Assembly: GCA_002633005.1 (NCBI GenBank)
Contig: NMRA01000224.1
Coordinates: 592,981-656,980, forward strand
Reading direction: 5' to 3'
Origin: Phoronis australis
Lineage: Eukaryota; Animalia; Phoronida
Length of the DNA: 64,000 bases
Position numbers and translations under genes: made by a program. Below, piece after piece: positions 1 through 12,738 of this stretch. The notes below the pieces were generated by a model. That model searched no databases. It was not told the DNA's origin and worked only from the letters and a program-made list of their open reading frames with translations. The number at the start of each line of letters is the position of its first letter. Position 1 is the stretch's first letter.

Positions 1-1625
1 TACTCAATGTTAACATATCAGTTATTATAACTCTTTCGTTTTGCAAACTTTTGCTTCCAAATTTTATTCAAACTGACTAATGCCCTCAATTCCGAAAACG
101 CACGTGTACACAAACATGTGCAGCTCCATTGTTGCATACAATGACACGACTTTACATGCACGCATATTGCTCGTCGACTTCCAAGGGTTTCTATGAATTT
201 GTTGTACTTTGTGTTCAAGTGTTTCACACGAACGCATGCCTCAAATGTTTTTGTTAGAAAATATCAAGTGGTGTCGGGTCAAGGAATTATTAGACCCATT
301 CTAAAAACTTTGGGTATCCAGTGATGTAATGGCTAGCCAGAGAGCGGCCCACTTGACAGCTCGTCTTGTCGGTTTATAAACAACCGGAACTCAAAAATAG
401 GTACTATACAATTATAGCAGTGAAAAAGGTTAATCACTGTATAATACCATTTTCTAGTCTTTATACATTTCAGTGATTGTTTTTTCGACTGAGCCGGCAA
501 AATCTCCCAGGCCCTAGCTGCACTCCGAGAGAATTTCAGTCAAAGCATTAGGAATTTTGTCTTTGCATTGGCTTATATGACCGTTTAAACAATGAGTGGG
601 TCACAGGTTGACATTGCTTTATGTTACCAATATTTTAGAACCTCCTTAGTATATAAAATTTTAAATTTTATTCAGAAAATTCCGCGGCTTCCATAAGGCC
701 ACCGGGCTTTTGTTTACATATCGTTCATCATCAATATGGCGGACCGTGTGCCACGCGCTGTCTGCCTTGTGAGTATGGTCGTGTCGGCTCTCTCTATATA
801 TATAGCTCATTGGTTAGAATAACCTTGTATTTTCATACAGCCAGTGTGCACATTCACAGAAATCATTCAAATATGTTGTTTGTTATTTAACGTATTTCTC
901 ATAGATTATGCAAACAAATTGTAATTTATCCCATTAGTCAATGGAGAAGTCACTGAAACACATATTTTGAATACTCTTAAGTGTGTTATTCTAGTTGTCA
1001 GACTAGAGTAATCTCCTAGTAACATCCATATTTAGTTCATATTTCTACCGCTAGGTGTCACTTCACATTTTTAAATTTCACTGTTTGCAACTTTTCTACA
1101 AAAGTGAAACATTTAATGTGAGTTTACTATTGTTAAATGCAATGATATTGATGAGAAATGATTCCTTTTTTTTAATAAAAAAGATAGAAGAGTGTTATTT
1201 TTACAAACATTAATTCACTAAGGTCTTGGCTCACTATTATGTAACGTCAAACAATAATTACTCAAAAATGTACAACGTTATATGCGGGAACTTTTCAGAT
1301 TTTGCAAACACACTAGTAAATGAATTAAAAAACACCAAAATAAAATTGCCCCATTCAGTACTCAGAGAATGTATTTTCTAGAAGCCCTACAATACTCGGT
1401 CCACCGCCTAATTGGGTCGGTTTGGTCCCAGAAGAGTAGTATGGTGCTCCACCAACTCGACTTACACAACAGCCTGTTTGTTGCAAAGACATCAAACAGT
1501 AGAGCTCCATATGCTACCTTCTGTTCTATATGTCAAATACTGTCCTTTTGTCAATTCATGTTTCTAAATGTAAGGCCATCCCGAATAACACAGCGATGAA
1601 ACTGAACTAGTCTTTTGTCCCGAGG

Positions 1626-2664
1626 CATAGGTGGATTTAGGGGGGGCCAGGGGGCCCGCCCCCCCCCCCCCCTTGGCTGCCGCAAAAAAATAAAACAGCT
1701 AGCAAGAGCGTAGGGAAATGTTGAGTTTATTAATTTGCCCCGGTAATTAAAATTATGCGGATGAAAAAAAGATTTAAAGTGCGCAGTTTTAGTGTTTTGG
1801 GGGGGCCCAAATCCAATTTCAAGTGTCAAATCCGGAACACGGCGCATTCGTAACGGAACTATGGCTAAGTGTAGGCTCTCCCGCGATATCCCAGGCGACC
1901 GGCGGAAGCGCTGCGCACTACGACTCCGTTTCCGTCGTCTGCTCCACTGTGCAATGAAGGAAATTTACTTCATGTTTTAAAGAAAATGGAACCTGAGTGA
2001 CAATGAAAAAACAGAAGCTGCTGGTAAGATGTGAATTTTAATCGAAGCCTAAGTGCATCACTCAGAAACTCATTAATTCTCTCTTTGTCAAACCTTAACG
2101 ATTTCCAAAGCAATCCCGTGATTATTGCCAACACGAAAAACGGATTTGGTCTTTTGGGCATTTGAAGACTATTTTAAATACAACAAATTTGTTAAGAACC
2201 GATTGCACAAAATATAAAACGTGTAATAAGCATTACAAAAAGAAGTAGGTTTCGCGCGCAAACGCTGTGGACCAGAAACAACTAGGTCTCTTAGTGTAAG
2301 CTTATTAGTCAAATCGTGGTGGTGTAGTGGTTAAGCACGCGTGTCCCATCACCAAGATCGTGAGTTCGAGTCTGTGGAACTCGCAGTTTTTCCTGTATGA
2401 CATGTTCTCCGTGTTTTGTTTTTTTTTTTTGTTTTCTTTATTTTTTTTTTTGCCTTTTTTTCTTGGATAATACATCAGAAATCAAGGAAAATGCTCGATT
2501 TTTAGAGGAAAAAACAGAACAATTTCCTTGGCGGGAGGGGGGCAAACCCCCCTCCCGACCTCCCCCCATTCGGTGCTATGCGCATCTACAATCGTGGTTT
2601 GCGCAAATACTTACAGCCGGACAAAATGTTGCCCCCCCCTTGTGATATCCTAGATCCGCCACTG
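1626..2664. mobile_element. Non-autonomous hAT-like DNA transposon with GC-rich ends and 5-bp TSD
   Basis: Imperfect TIRs CATAGGTGGATTTAG / CTAGATCCGCCACTG, poly-G/C subtermini, flanking direct repeat CGAGG at 1621-1625 and 2665-2669. Confidence 0.75.
2312..2385 (+). other. tRNA-derived (SINE-head-like) segment inside the 1626-2664 element
   Basis: A-box TGGTGTAGTGG and B-box GAGTTCGAGTC at tRNA-like spacing; no clean cloverleaf. Confidence 0.55.
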
Positions 2665-3356
2665 CGAGGGTAGCACGATTGGCCTCGCTTTGGAATGTCA
2701 GCTACACATCCTCACGTCATGTCGGTAATCGTGGAGGTGTGTAGCCGTAAAAATATTCCCCGATGTCATTCTTTTCAAAACGCCGGAATTGAGAAGCTAT
2801 AGTCTGTGCGGTTAACCCGACGCACTTGCTATATCTGATTTTACATGTCGTCGGGGAACTCAACATCACACAGCCACGGATATCTGTTGGTCCAAAGTTC
2901 TGTCGTCGGCCGGGAGATGTAGCCCACATTGCAGCAGTACTCTTTCGTTGGGATTGGAAAGACGACTAGAGTAGTCCCGCCGAGAAAACCTTATAAAGAA
3001 TACAACCCCACAGAACACGTGGTCTTCCGATGGCGCGAAAACCAGCTGCACAAAAATTGAGACCTTGGCGGTTGCAGCATTGTGTGTAAATAAAGCGATA
3101 ATCGAGTGTCGCTGTATAATCCGCAAAGCAATTTCCACTGTACCAACAAACCAAACGGTGGTACAACAAAATAAATCCGTTGACAGCCCCATAAACTGAT
3201 ATCAATTTAACTTTTGCGAAGTACAGACAGTGCTGTAGTCAGTGGGACGTAGGCGCATTTAGGGGCAGTCAACCACCTTTTGGCATTTGAACGTAGCGCC
3301 TACGCAACCGTAAGTCATGTTCAGTGCTCAAGGCGGTGAGATTTGGGCGCATACTT

Positions 3357-3502
3357 CATGGGCGGCGCACCATAGGGGGCGGGGGGCGGCTATCGCTCCA
3401 CGGATTTTTCCAGTGCTACGCCGCACGAGGTCTATAGGCGGTGCACTCTAGGGGGCTGAGGGGGCTTTAGCCCCCACTTTTTTCAGTGCTGCGCCGCCCA
3501 TG
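3357..3502. mobile_element. 146-bp GC-rich MITE
   Basis: TIRs CATGGGCGGCGC / GCGCCGCCCATG; flanks TACTT / TACCT (5-bp TSD, 1 mismatch). Related fragments at ~4243-4296, 11846-11900 and 60370-60440. Confidence 0.75.
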
Positions 3503-5889
3503 TACCTCTAACTTTACCACTACAGCACTAACTAGGCCTACAGATAGATTCATGTACATGTATGTACAAGGTAGAAGCATACAATGTACATGAAGATACA
3601 TGGAACGATGTTAATAAGTTAAGTCATGATCATTCATTTTTGCCACAAAAGACTTTTTATTGTTTTTACACAAGCAGTCTCCACACTGATGAAATTGAGG
3701 CAGATTTCTAGATCATCTTTAATCCCACAGGGTGGAGTGACCTGAATCTCAATTGCTCCAACATCCTCTCAATTGCCTAGGTTATGCGGCATTGGTTGTT
3801 ATCATTTTGCACACGCACCTTTGAGATCTGTCACAATTCTCAATAGGAATCACGTGGGAGAGTAGGTTTTGAGGTTCTCTTTATCGGGGTCAAGTTGCAC
3901 TTTATCTGCCGTACCCTGTCAGATATGGACTATTAATAGAGCGTGAGAAACATCATATCATCTTCAACACAGTGTAAGTTGTGAATAATCGTTACTGAAG
4001 AGCCCTGGGTCATAAAATGTGATAACTAATTTTTTATTTGACCTAATATCGGCACATGCTCGTTGCATGTACTTTTTGTGTTGAGGTCGTTTTCATATTG
4101 ACGGCAATCTTTGCACCACTCACGCAGGTTGAAATTCTTCTAAGAAATTATCGTCTCCACAATGTGCACTGGGCATTCAGTAAATCGTTCACTCAAGCAG
4201 ATGTTGTTAGACCTAGCAGCATCGCCAACCATGGCTGTCACACCATAGGTGGCTGGGGGGCTATAGGCCCCACTTTTTTAATGTTGCACCGCCCTTGCCA
4301 ACGCACAGTAACCTAACCTTATTTCATCAGCCCAAGACGCCGACGGCTTTGTTTAAACCATAGAAGTCTAGCCCTGGAATGCCAACTCCATCTCACGGCC
4401 GTTGAGGTTGCGCCGCGCATGCGTGAAAACTGTTTGCATTCGTTTGTTCCGATGTGTGTAATATGGAATTTACTGTCATTAACATTTTTCGCAACTGCGC
4501 CGTTTTTCCAACGAATTGCGTGAAAACCATATCATTAGAAAGCACTTTGTCAGTTCTCGATGTTTGTATCAGAAGCAAAAAATGAATAATTTTATTTACA
4601 AGTAATTATCATTTTGCATAGCTGTTTAAAATCCAAGAGTGTTACCAAAATGCGATAAATAACGGGGTGTATTAGTAACATGAAATTTGAAATGAACTAG
4701 CGATGTTATGTAAATAACTAGTTAAGCCATTCGGGAAATAACTTCTTTGGTTCAAAAGATTTCTACTCTATAAAGACAAAGGTTTTAGAATATGGATCTC
4801 TCACATTTACTGTGGATAATTTAGTCAGGCATTCATCCCAAGTCATACATATTTTTATATTATAACTGATTGCACTATTGGTGCCGTTTCAAACAATTAC
4901 ATTCTTCAGTAAAAGTCAGGATGCAATGACAATTACGAAAAATGCGATAAACTACTCCAACTATCTATCCAAAATTTACAGATAAAGGCTCTCTGATAGA
5001 TAAAAATGGGGAGACATCTCTATCTGTGGATAGCTCATCACACTGGTTTCAGAGTGGAACTTTCCATACAAGTTTAAAAATAAACTTCATCTTCAGAAAG
5101 TAAAAGTTAGTGATCATGATACATGTAGTGTATGTTACCGAAAATAAGAGACATTGGAACGCATTTTTACGATTGCATTGTTAATAAAGAAAGTGGAATC
5201 TGTAAAATATTTATAAAAAGAGACGTTGTTATTTTGAACATCTGTTGCGTAGTTGTCACGGTCAACATTCAAAAATGGAGAAACGAAGCCCTTTTATTGA
5301 AAGGCGTTACTTCAGGATAAAAAGTGGAACATCTGAACATCAAAACGTAAACGTAAGGGTGAACTGTTCGCTGCAACAAACAAAAGCGTACCGACGGTGT
5401 CTTTGTTGAATATGAGAAAAAAACACCTAAATATGCACGAAAGCGTTTTGATGTTTTTTTGTAGTTAAATGGGAAATTGTGGGTGCCGCAAAAATCACAA
5501 AAATTCATTTTTTTTCTTTTTGGTCGAGTGGGAAAATATGGCTAGGCAAATACTACGGATAAGAGTAGGCCTACTTCTCAGGAATCGAATTAACGAAAAC
5601 GGCATCTGGGCAACAAGCAAACATTGCACAATTGAATAATTACAGAAACAGTTTACAACAGTTATGACACGCACGCGCACACACACACACGCACACATAC
5701 ACACGCACACACACATACACACACATAGCTAAGAAATTATAGGTAAGTTTTCGAAAGTAATACAACAGGGCTTGTTGACAATTAAGTCGTACAATTGTAC
5801 ATCGCTTGGAAGGTTATTCCCACGACACACAATAACGTCAGTTTATGATTTTTCTAGTAACATAAAAACTTAACAAACGTAAATAAATA

Positions 5890-6690
5890 TAGATTATTAC
5901 ATGGCAAAGTCGTTATCCCCCGTTATCTAGAGACCGAGTGGATTTTGGAGAATTATCGCCCGAGGGGCGTTCAATCTATTTATACCACATCCTGAACGAG
6001 AAACATTGCAATGAATCTATCTACCTTTCTCGACTCGCCTCGGCTTTGTAACTACTTTCTATGTCAGATGCCTGGGGTCGGAGGTCGTGACCTTTTAAGA
6101 AAGGCCGAGATATTTTTGTCAAATAATGTTTTTACTCAAAACCAATTGAAAAATAAAACAAAATAGAAATAAAGTGAATCTATAAATTTAAGGTTTGGCA
6201 ACTATTATAGCTTACTACACATTTTATCACGCTAAGCTTCGACCGGGAATATATCGTCTGCTAAAGTAGGTTACCACTAATAACTGACTATAATGCTCAA
6301 GTCAAAGGATCCCGACAACACTACACCTGCATTCAAAATGGAGATCGGTGATTTACAAGTGAGAGAACACGAGAGAAAAATTTCACTGAATTAAAATATC
6401 GTTTTTATGGAAATTATGCGTCTTATTTTTCATAGCGTATAAATGTCGGTGCAATGCCCTTTGCTAAACATACGATTGTTGCGCGTGCTCATTTAAGTAT
6501 TTTATTTTCACGTTCGATGACGTAAGCCGTTGGGTGGTATAGTGGTAAAGTCGGCGACTCGCAACTATTGAGGCCCGGGTTCGAATCCGGCCTAGGTTTC
6601 CCGCCAAAATGTTATCTCACTAGTGAGATAACTTTATTGGTTATTACACGGTTGTATCTGCCATTCGAGGCTAATATTGTGGTATAAATA
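5890..6690. mobile_element. Crypton-like non-autonomous element containing a tRNA-derived segment
   Basis: Inverted TATTTATACCACA (5977-5989) / TGTGGTATAAATA (6678-6690); perfect 22-bp palindrome GTTATCTCACTAGTGAGATAAC at 6611-6632; absent from copy B of the host repeat. Family assignment is by resemblance only. Confidence 0.5.
6526..6600 (+). pseudogene. tRNA-like sequence (pseudo-tRNA / SINE-head type)
   Basis: A-box TGGTATAGTGG, B-box GGTTCGAATCC; anticodon and acceptor stems pair poorly. Confidence 0.6.
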
Positions 6691-6787
6691 TGAGAACAGT
6701 TACAACAGTTACGTAAACACACCTCTTTTTAGGGCCTAAACTTTTCATTTAGACTACATGTAACTTCTTCTGTTATAATGATTTTAA

Positions 6788-8720
6788 ATGAGAATTCCAC
6801 CCGATTTAATTAGTCTTTCTTAGCGTCTTAATCGGTCTATATCCACATCACCTCGTATACGGTCGATCTTACCTCACCGAGAGGTGTCGCGTTAACCTGT
6901 GAGGAAGGTGAGAAACGACGCAGCGACGTCAGTGGTTCTTTAGTAGAGTGAGTGCCGCTATGGCGTGGTGTATCGTTCCCGCTTGTGCGAAATATGAAGC
7001 TGCGAGGAAAGCGGGATACAGTTTTTTCGATTTTCTCGATAGCACATAATGCTTCGAAAGTGGCTCGCGGTAGTGAAGAATGAAAAGTACGCCGTTAATA
7101 CCAAGTATGAGGCCGTGAAACTTCTTCGTGTCTGTCAGTGGCCTGCATTTCGTCTGATCGGTTTTTGACCAGTTTTTCATTATGGAGAATTGTAGTTGGC
7201 CACGAAAACATAAGTAATTACATTTAATTCAAGGCGTGAGAACATAACGTTTTATATAACCTGTTTGATGACTGGCTCATTCGTCAGGCTTCTCGGTGTT
7301 TAGTTCTCTGGGTGTAGGACGTTTTCGCCAGTTCTTTTTCTCAGTCCTAAAAACGTTGTAAGCACACCTCTGTTTAGATGCGGTGCAAAATCAGGATGGT
7401 CCGTGAGACACATTTGCACTTCTCCAAGAAGGCGTTTCACTTGCAGAATTTCGTGGCAGCAAACGCATGCACTTGGCTCCGCAGTCATTCAAACGGTTTT
7501 CGGAACTATCCATACGTTCCGTTGTCTGTGCACGTTCTCAATAATTTCTTGATCAGTGTATTCTTGTTCGAACTGATAGCCTTTGAAACCTAACGATCGA
7601 CCTGTGGAGTCTCTGTCGGATGAGTACTCGCCTAAGTTGGGATTGCGAGTTGTCACGTTGACGTTTATTATTCTGCGTTCTGTTTCAAAATGAATTATTC
7701 TCACCCTAACCAATGCTTACCTGTATATAAAACTGAAACGAAATCTGTCTCATTAGATGCAATTTTTAATGCCTTGGACGGTTCGTGAGTGCCAATGTTT
7801 TGAGAAGCCAGCAATGAATAAATCACTGCGTTACCGGCTTTAGATGCAAGGAACTAATTGACCGGGCACCGAGGCCGTGTGAGCACATGCTAGTGACAGA
7901 AAGCTGTTGTAAAACAAGAACTCGATTTTATATCTTATGATCAGATGTTGGGGGAATCCCTGTTTAGATATTCATATACATTATTCGAATCATTGTTACT
8001 GAACAACTTTTGCCTCGACGGTTCGTTGGAAGGGTAATCTGACTTCGCGGCCCCCGACGAGCTAGTAAGTAGATATGCAGTTTTGCTGCTAATTCACCAA
8101 AATAATCACGTGCACATTTTTTCTTTGGCACACTAGCTTAGTCTTTTCGTGACTGGAAAGTTAGTTTCCAACTTTGGTTGGTTTGTGTTCGTGATGTCTT
8201 CAGTCTGGCCGCGATGGGCATGATCAGGTTATTCCGAGCAACTGGCCGGGAAAACAAGCGTTTTGTGTGTTTAGAACTGAAAAAATCGCAAGTCTAAAAT
8301 TACAACACATAGCTATGTTCTCCTGTCTGTATTTCACGGACAAATAATTTGAATTTATCACCGAACAGACCCCAAACTCCCGCGACCGACTATGGTAAAT
8401 TGGCCTACTGAACTTTGTAGGCTGCGGTACTTTCAACTATCTAAAAATCCATAATGGCGAAAAAATAACACTTTTGTTCAATAACTCGATATATTTGTAA
8501 GGTTTTTACACTTGATGATTTATTGGTGTAAAACGATGAATTCAAACGATTAACTGACACCAGTAAGCGTGTTGTGAACTACTGAACAGACTGCATTCAA
8601 ACCTCTGATGTCATTGGTTAATTTCAACCCCTCCGTCTGCCGCCAGGTGTCAGGTAAAAGAGCTGTGCTTGGCGTTATCGAGTGGAACTACTCGATCTTG
8701 TTTTTGGGTGACATTCTCTC
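6788..8720 (-). mobile_element. Kolobok-like DNA transposon (TTAA TSD) with decayed Cys-rich accessory gene
   Basis: TTAA at 6784-6787 and 8721-8724; TIRs ATGAGAATTCCACCC / GGGTGACATTCTCTC; empty site gattTTAAcacc in host copy B (53858-53861); second partial copy inverted at 33615-34272. Confidence 0.8.
6930..7640 (-). pseudogene. Decayed P2X7-ballast/KolX-like Zn-binding protein gene
   Basis: Frameshifted fragments GYQFEQEYTDQEI and MTAEPSACVCCHEILQVKRLLGEVQMCLTDHPDFAPHLNRGVL match the M-T-x-x-C-x-CC-x-EI...C-x-T-x-HP-x-F...LN..VL pattern, recognised from memory. Confidence 0.6.
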
Positions 8721-11700
8721 TTAACACCCAAAGTTGTTTTTATGAATAACTCGTGGCAAGGGATAGGTTTTCAAAATTTGGCCAAACCATTCCCGGTATG
8801 CACCCAGCGCCACAGGTGGGTGCTTATAAAGAATGGCCAGTGTAATTGTCGGGCTTTGTTGACTAATTTTGCCGAGAAATCGCTGGTTGCATGGAATCGT
8901 TCTTCAAGAGTCAGCGCTTTATGAACAATTATAACAAAATGAAAATGAAGAAGTGAAATTAATCTTGATTTGATGACTAAAATTCTCGATCTACTCAGTT
9001 GAGCAGGCAGTCGGAAAATCTCAGTGCAAACTCTCGCGGCTAGTCTCGTGGTCGCAAGCTCTAATCATATATAGGTCACTTGTGAGACTTGGCATTATAC
9101 TGTCAATTCCCTGATTGTAGTCATCACTATTACGAGGGATTACGTAACATGGCTTCATTCGCCCAGTTCATTTGACTAAAAAATAAAAAAAGGCTCAAGG
9201 CTTTTTTCTCATAAAAATGGCTTTATAATAACTTAAGATTATGTTTTCGTTGGCAAACTTAAGTAGTAGGCGATGACAATATGCACCATCTTAGAATCGC
9301 AAGTTTATCGTTGGCCAACTCTAGTAAATTCTCAATCGATTTCTTGAGTCGTTGATGCCAATAAAAATGATTGATTCGTGTTTTATTTTTTATCAAGCCA
9401 GGAGAAATGCAAACTTCAACAAAACGAATTGGAAATCGACTATTCCAATTGTTTGGAAAATACATGTATACGTAAGCTCCGATACACGCTTATTGAATAA
9501 AGTATTCGTGGCTTTCGGATGGCGCAACATCAGATTAAATTCATGCATTCGACATACGTGTGTAAACATAAGGGTCCTCATCACACGACTTCAAACAAAA
9601 CAATACCCAAGTCCAGGCATGCGCTGTGATGCCTCCACACTTATGCGTGCCGATCGTCGTCTTCTCACTTACGTATACATGTAGTTGAAGCTTTGGCAAG
9701 GCTACCTAATTTGGAAACTGAATTGATTGACTACCGTGTTTGCAGTATACTTTTGCGTTATTAATAAGGATGTAAAGAATCCACTAGAAGACCGCTTGTT
9801 TTTTATTTTCTTATTGTTCTGAAAAAGGCAACTGCTCGGGGTCTAATAACTTCTTATCGACTCTAACCATCCTATAAGCAGTATTACATGTATACGTAAG
9901 CACGGGAATAGCATATAATATAAGGTTAGTCTCGAACAAATACGGAGACAGATATCAGCGCTAGAGTCAGGTGCACAACGCTTTCGTTTGGTTCTTTATT
10001 GGTAAATCAAGGATCATGTCAACAGGTGTGTGTATCACCTGAACATATATACACACGTTTGCAACACAAAAGCGACTACAATCCCGTGTTTCGTTCAAAA
10101 AGTGAACTCTTGAGTTTGACCACTTACACTACTTTATATATTTATATTTATCATTGTAATATTTACAACTAGGGTAGCCTCATCAGTTGTCACTGCTTTC
10201 CATGGGGGGCCACTAACCGCTGTAAAATTTATATTGAATTGTTCTTTCCACAGAGAAATAGTTTATTTCTGGGCTTGAAAATGGCTGATTCCATCGGGTC
10301 AACAGACTGACATTTGATTCGTCGGTAAGACGGAAGTCGTCATCGAGAACCAATCGTCTTAGTTGACTGACCTACAATCAACTGACTCGAGCAAAACTCT
10401 TTGTTTTGGTTCCCAGTATAACCAAAAAATTATATCTCTTTAGGTTGTGCATAAAGAAACAACATCTAATTGGCATGACAATGGCGCACTGAATTGAATG
10501 AACATTTGTGTCAGAGATAATTTTTCAATCTTGAACTACGCTTTCAAAGCAGATCATAGAGGGAGCATGGTATGGTCAAAATTTTTACCAAATGGCCTCG
10601 GTTTCGAGATATACCAATTCCTAATGCTAATAGACTCTGAGTTCGAGACAAGGATAAGGTTTGCGCCAGTGCTGCGTATTCATTGCGAAATGAGACCAAC
10701 ACCGTACACCACGGTACGCGGAGGGTACAGCTCACAGAGCTGGTTTCATTACCGGGCGTTCGTAAACGGGGAAAATCTCGTTCCTAATGAGGAAAATTTG
10801 GCATGATCGCACGAGGCATAACTTGAGTGCAATCTAAGAGGAATTCTTCACTTTGGTTCTGTGTAGTCAGGCGCCTGGTTGAATCGCGAAACATTTGTAA
10901 ATTCATCTGATTGCTGAGTGGGTGAACGCAAATATTCGTATGCGTTTTGGTTTCAGATGTCAGCCTGGAAATATCAGTATGTGGATTTTATGCTTGTAGG
11001 ATCATCGACTAAGCTAGGGTATATGGCTCGATACACAACACGGTCGGCCTTGCATTGCGGTCACAGGGCCCCACCACATTTTGTTTGGAAAACTTGCGAC
11101 TACCCCTATGCTAATCAGAGGGTTTTATAGACAGAAAGTTTATTTGCTCGAAAAATTCGCCTCATAGCAATACATGTATATGTGCGCTTCTTAAAAGCAG
11201 TGGGACTTGCTTTTTTTCTGGGAAACACTCCATTTCACGCTCTTGATGTAAACTTGTGTAGGCGAGCAGGTGTTCACGATGACGCTTCTATGCCTTTATT
11301 AACAAGTTTCGTTTCGTCCGTCCAGCTTGGTTTTAGATTAAAGGTATTCTGTAGAATTCTCCAAAATCCACTCGAGCTCTACATGTAGATTACGGGGGAT
11401 AACGCCTTCGCCATGTTATGATCTATATATACATGTACTTGTATCTGAGTTTATGGGGATATATCTGTAGTTTAAAGAGTTTGCTAGTTGAATTGTATAA
11501 CTCCTTTCATAAAAAAACACACCTGATGGTCAACCGGCACTGACACACCGGCGCATATGAGAGTCTGCCAGTTGCTTATCGATTGCTTTATTGCCATGTA
11601 GTTTTCACTGACTATTTATTTCGCAAACATTCTTTAAAAAAGCGGATGAAGAAGCGTGGAATGTGTTTTGATAATTTCGTGTTCTTTAGTACGGAGCCAG

Positions 11701-11900
11701 TGAACCTTATTGATGAAACAATGTTTCGTATGGTTACAGTTCGTGCAAGTTGTGTAAAGGTCACGCAAGCATTGGTGTTCTAGAGACGTGCCTCGTTTTA
11801 CAAATTCGCCGACTACTGTACTTAGTGTACTTTTGTACCATTACACATGGGTGGCACAGCACTGAAAAAAGCGGGGGCTATAGCCCCCCGCCCCCCCCCC

Positions 11901-12738
11901 NNNNNNNNNNNNNNNNNNNNNNNNNNNNNNNNNNNNNNNNNNNNNNNNNNNNNNNNNNNNNNNNNNNNNNNNNNNNNNNNNNNNNNNNNNNNNNNNNNNN
12001 NNNNNNNNNNNNNNNNNNNNNNNNNNNNNNNNNNNNNNNNNNNNNNNNNNNNNNNNNNNNNNNNNNNNNNNNNNNNNNNNNNNNNNNNNNNNNNNNNNNN
12101 NNNNNNNNNNNNNNNNNNNNNNNNNNNNNNNNNNNNNNNNNNNNNNNNNNNNNNNNNNNNNNNNNNNNNNNNNNNNNNNNNNNNNNNNNNNNNNNNNNNN
12201 NNNNNNNNNNNNNNNNNNNNNNNNNNNNNNNNNNNNNNNNNNNNNNNNNNNNNNNNNNNNNNNNNNNNNNNNNNNNNNNNNNNNNNNNNNNNNNNNNNNN
12301 NNNNNNNNNNNNNNNNNNNNNNNNNNNNNNNNNNNNNNNNNNNNNNNNNNNNNNNNNNNNNNNNNNNNNNNNNNNNNNNNNNNNNNNNNNNNNNNNNNNN
12401 NNNNNNNNNNNNNNNNNNNNNNNNNNNNNNNNNNNNNNNNNNNNNNNNNNNNNNNNNNNNNNNNNNNNNNNNNNNNNNNNNNNNNNNNNNNNNNNNNNNN
12501 NNNNNNNNNNNNNNNNNNNNNNNNNNNNNNNNNNNNNNNNNNNNNNNNNNNNNNNNNNNNNNNNNNNNNNNNNNNNNNNNNNNNNNNNNNNNNNNNNNNN
12601 NNNNNNNNNNNNNNNNNNNNNNNNNNNNNNNNNNNNNNNNNNNNNNNNNNNNNNNNNNNNNNNNNNNNNNNNNNNNNNNNNNNNNNNNNNNNNNNNNNNN
12701 NNNNNNNNNNNNNNNNNNNNNNNNNNNNNNNNNNNNNN
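11901..12738. other. Assembly gap (838 N)
   Basis: Run of N starting at the poly-C tract of a GC-rich MITE end (11846-11900). Confidence 1.

Larger units (their letters stand above)
4350..9080 (+). mobile_element. Composite interspersed repeat, copy A (interrupted by nested insertions); homologous to 51240-54230
   Basis: Collinear, diverged blocks shared with 51240-54230, e.g. ccatagaa.tctag.cctg.aatgcca; cttcagaaagtaaaagttagtgatc; tagggcc.aaacttttcatttag; ctcagtgcaaactctcgcg..tagtctcgtggtcgc.agctctaat. Confidence 0.8.

Noticed and set aside
1215-1363. CACTAAGG... motif suggesting a Transib/RAG-like terminus
   Set aside because: No matching opposite end, TSD or transposase in the window; it could equally be a GAG...CTC (Sola-type) end.
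2670-3205. Coding-like minus-strand stretch (..WTNRYPWL..), perhaps a transposase zinc-finger relic
   Set aside because: One short motif among many stops; not enough to assign.
6526-6600. Functional tRNA gene (apparent CGC anticodon)
   Set aside because: Anticodon and acceptor stems do not pair properly and it lies inside a repeat; kept only as tRNA-derived.
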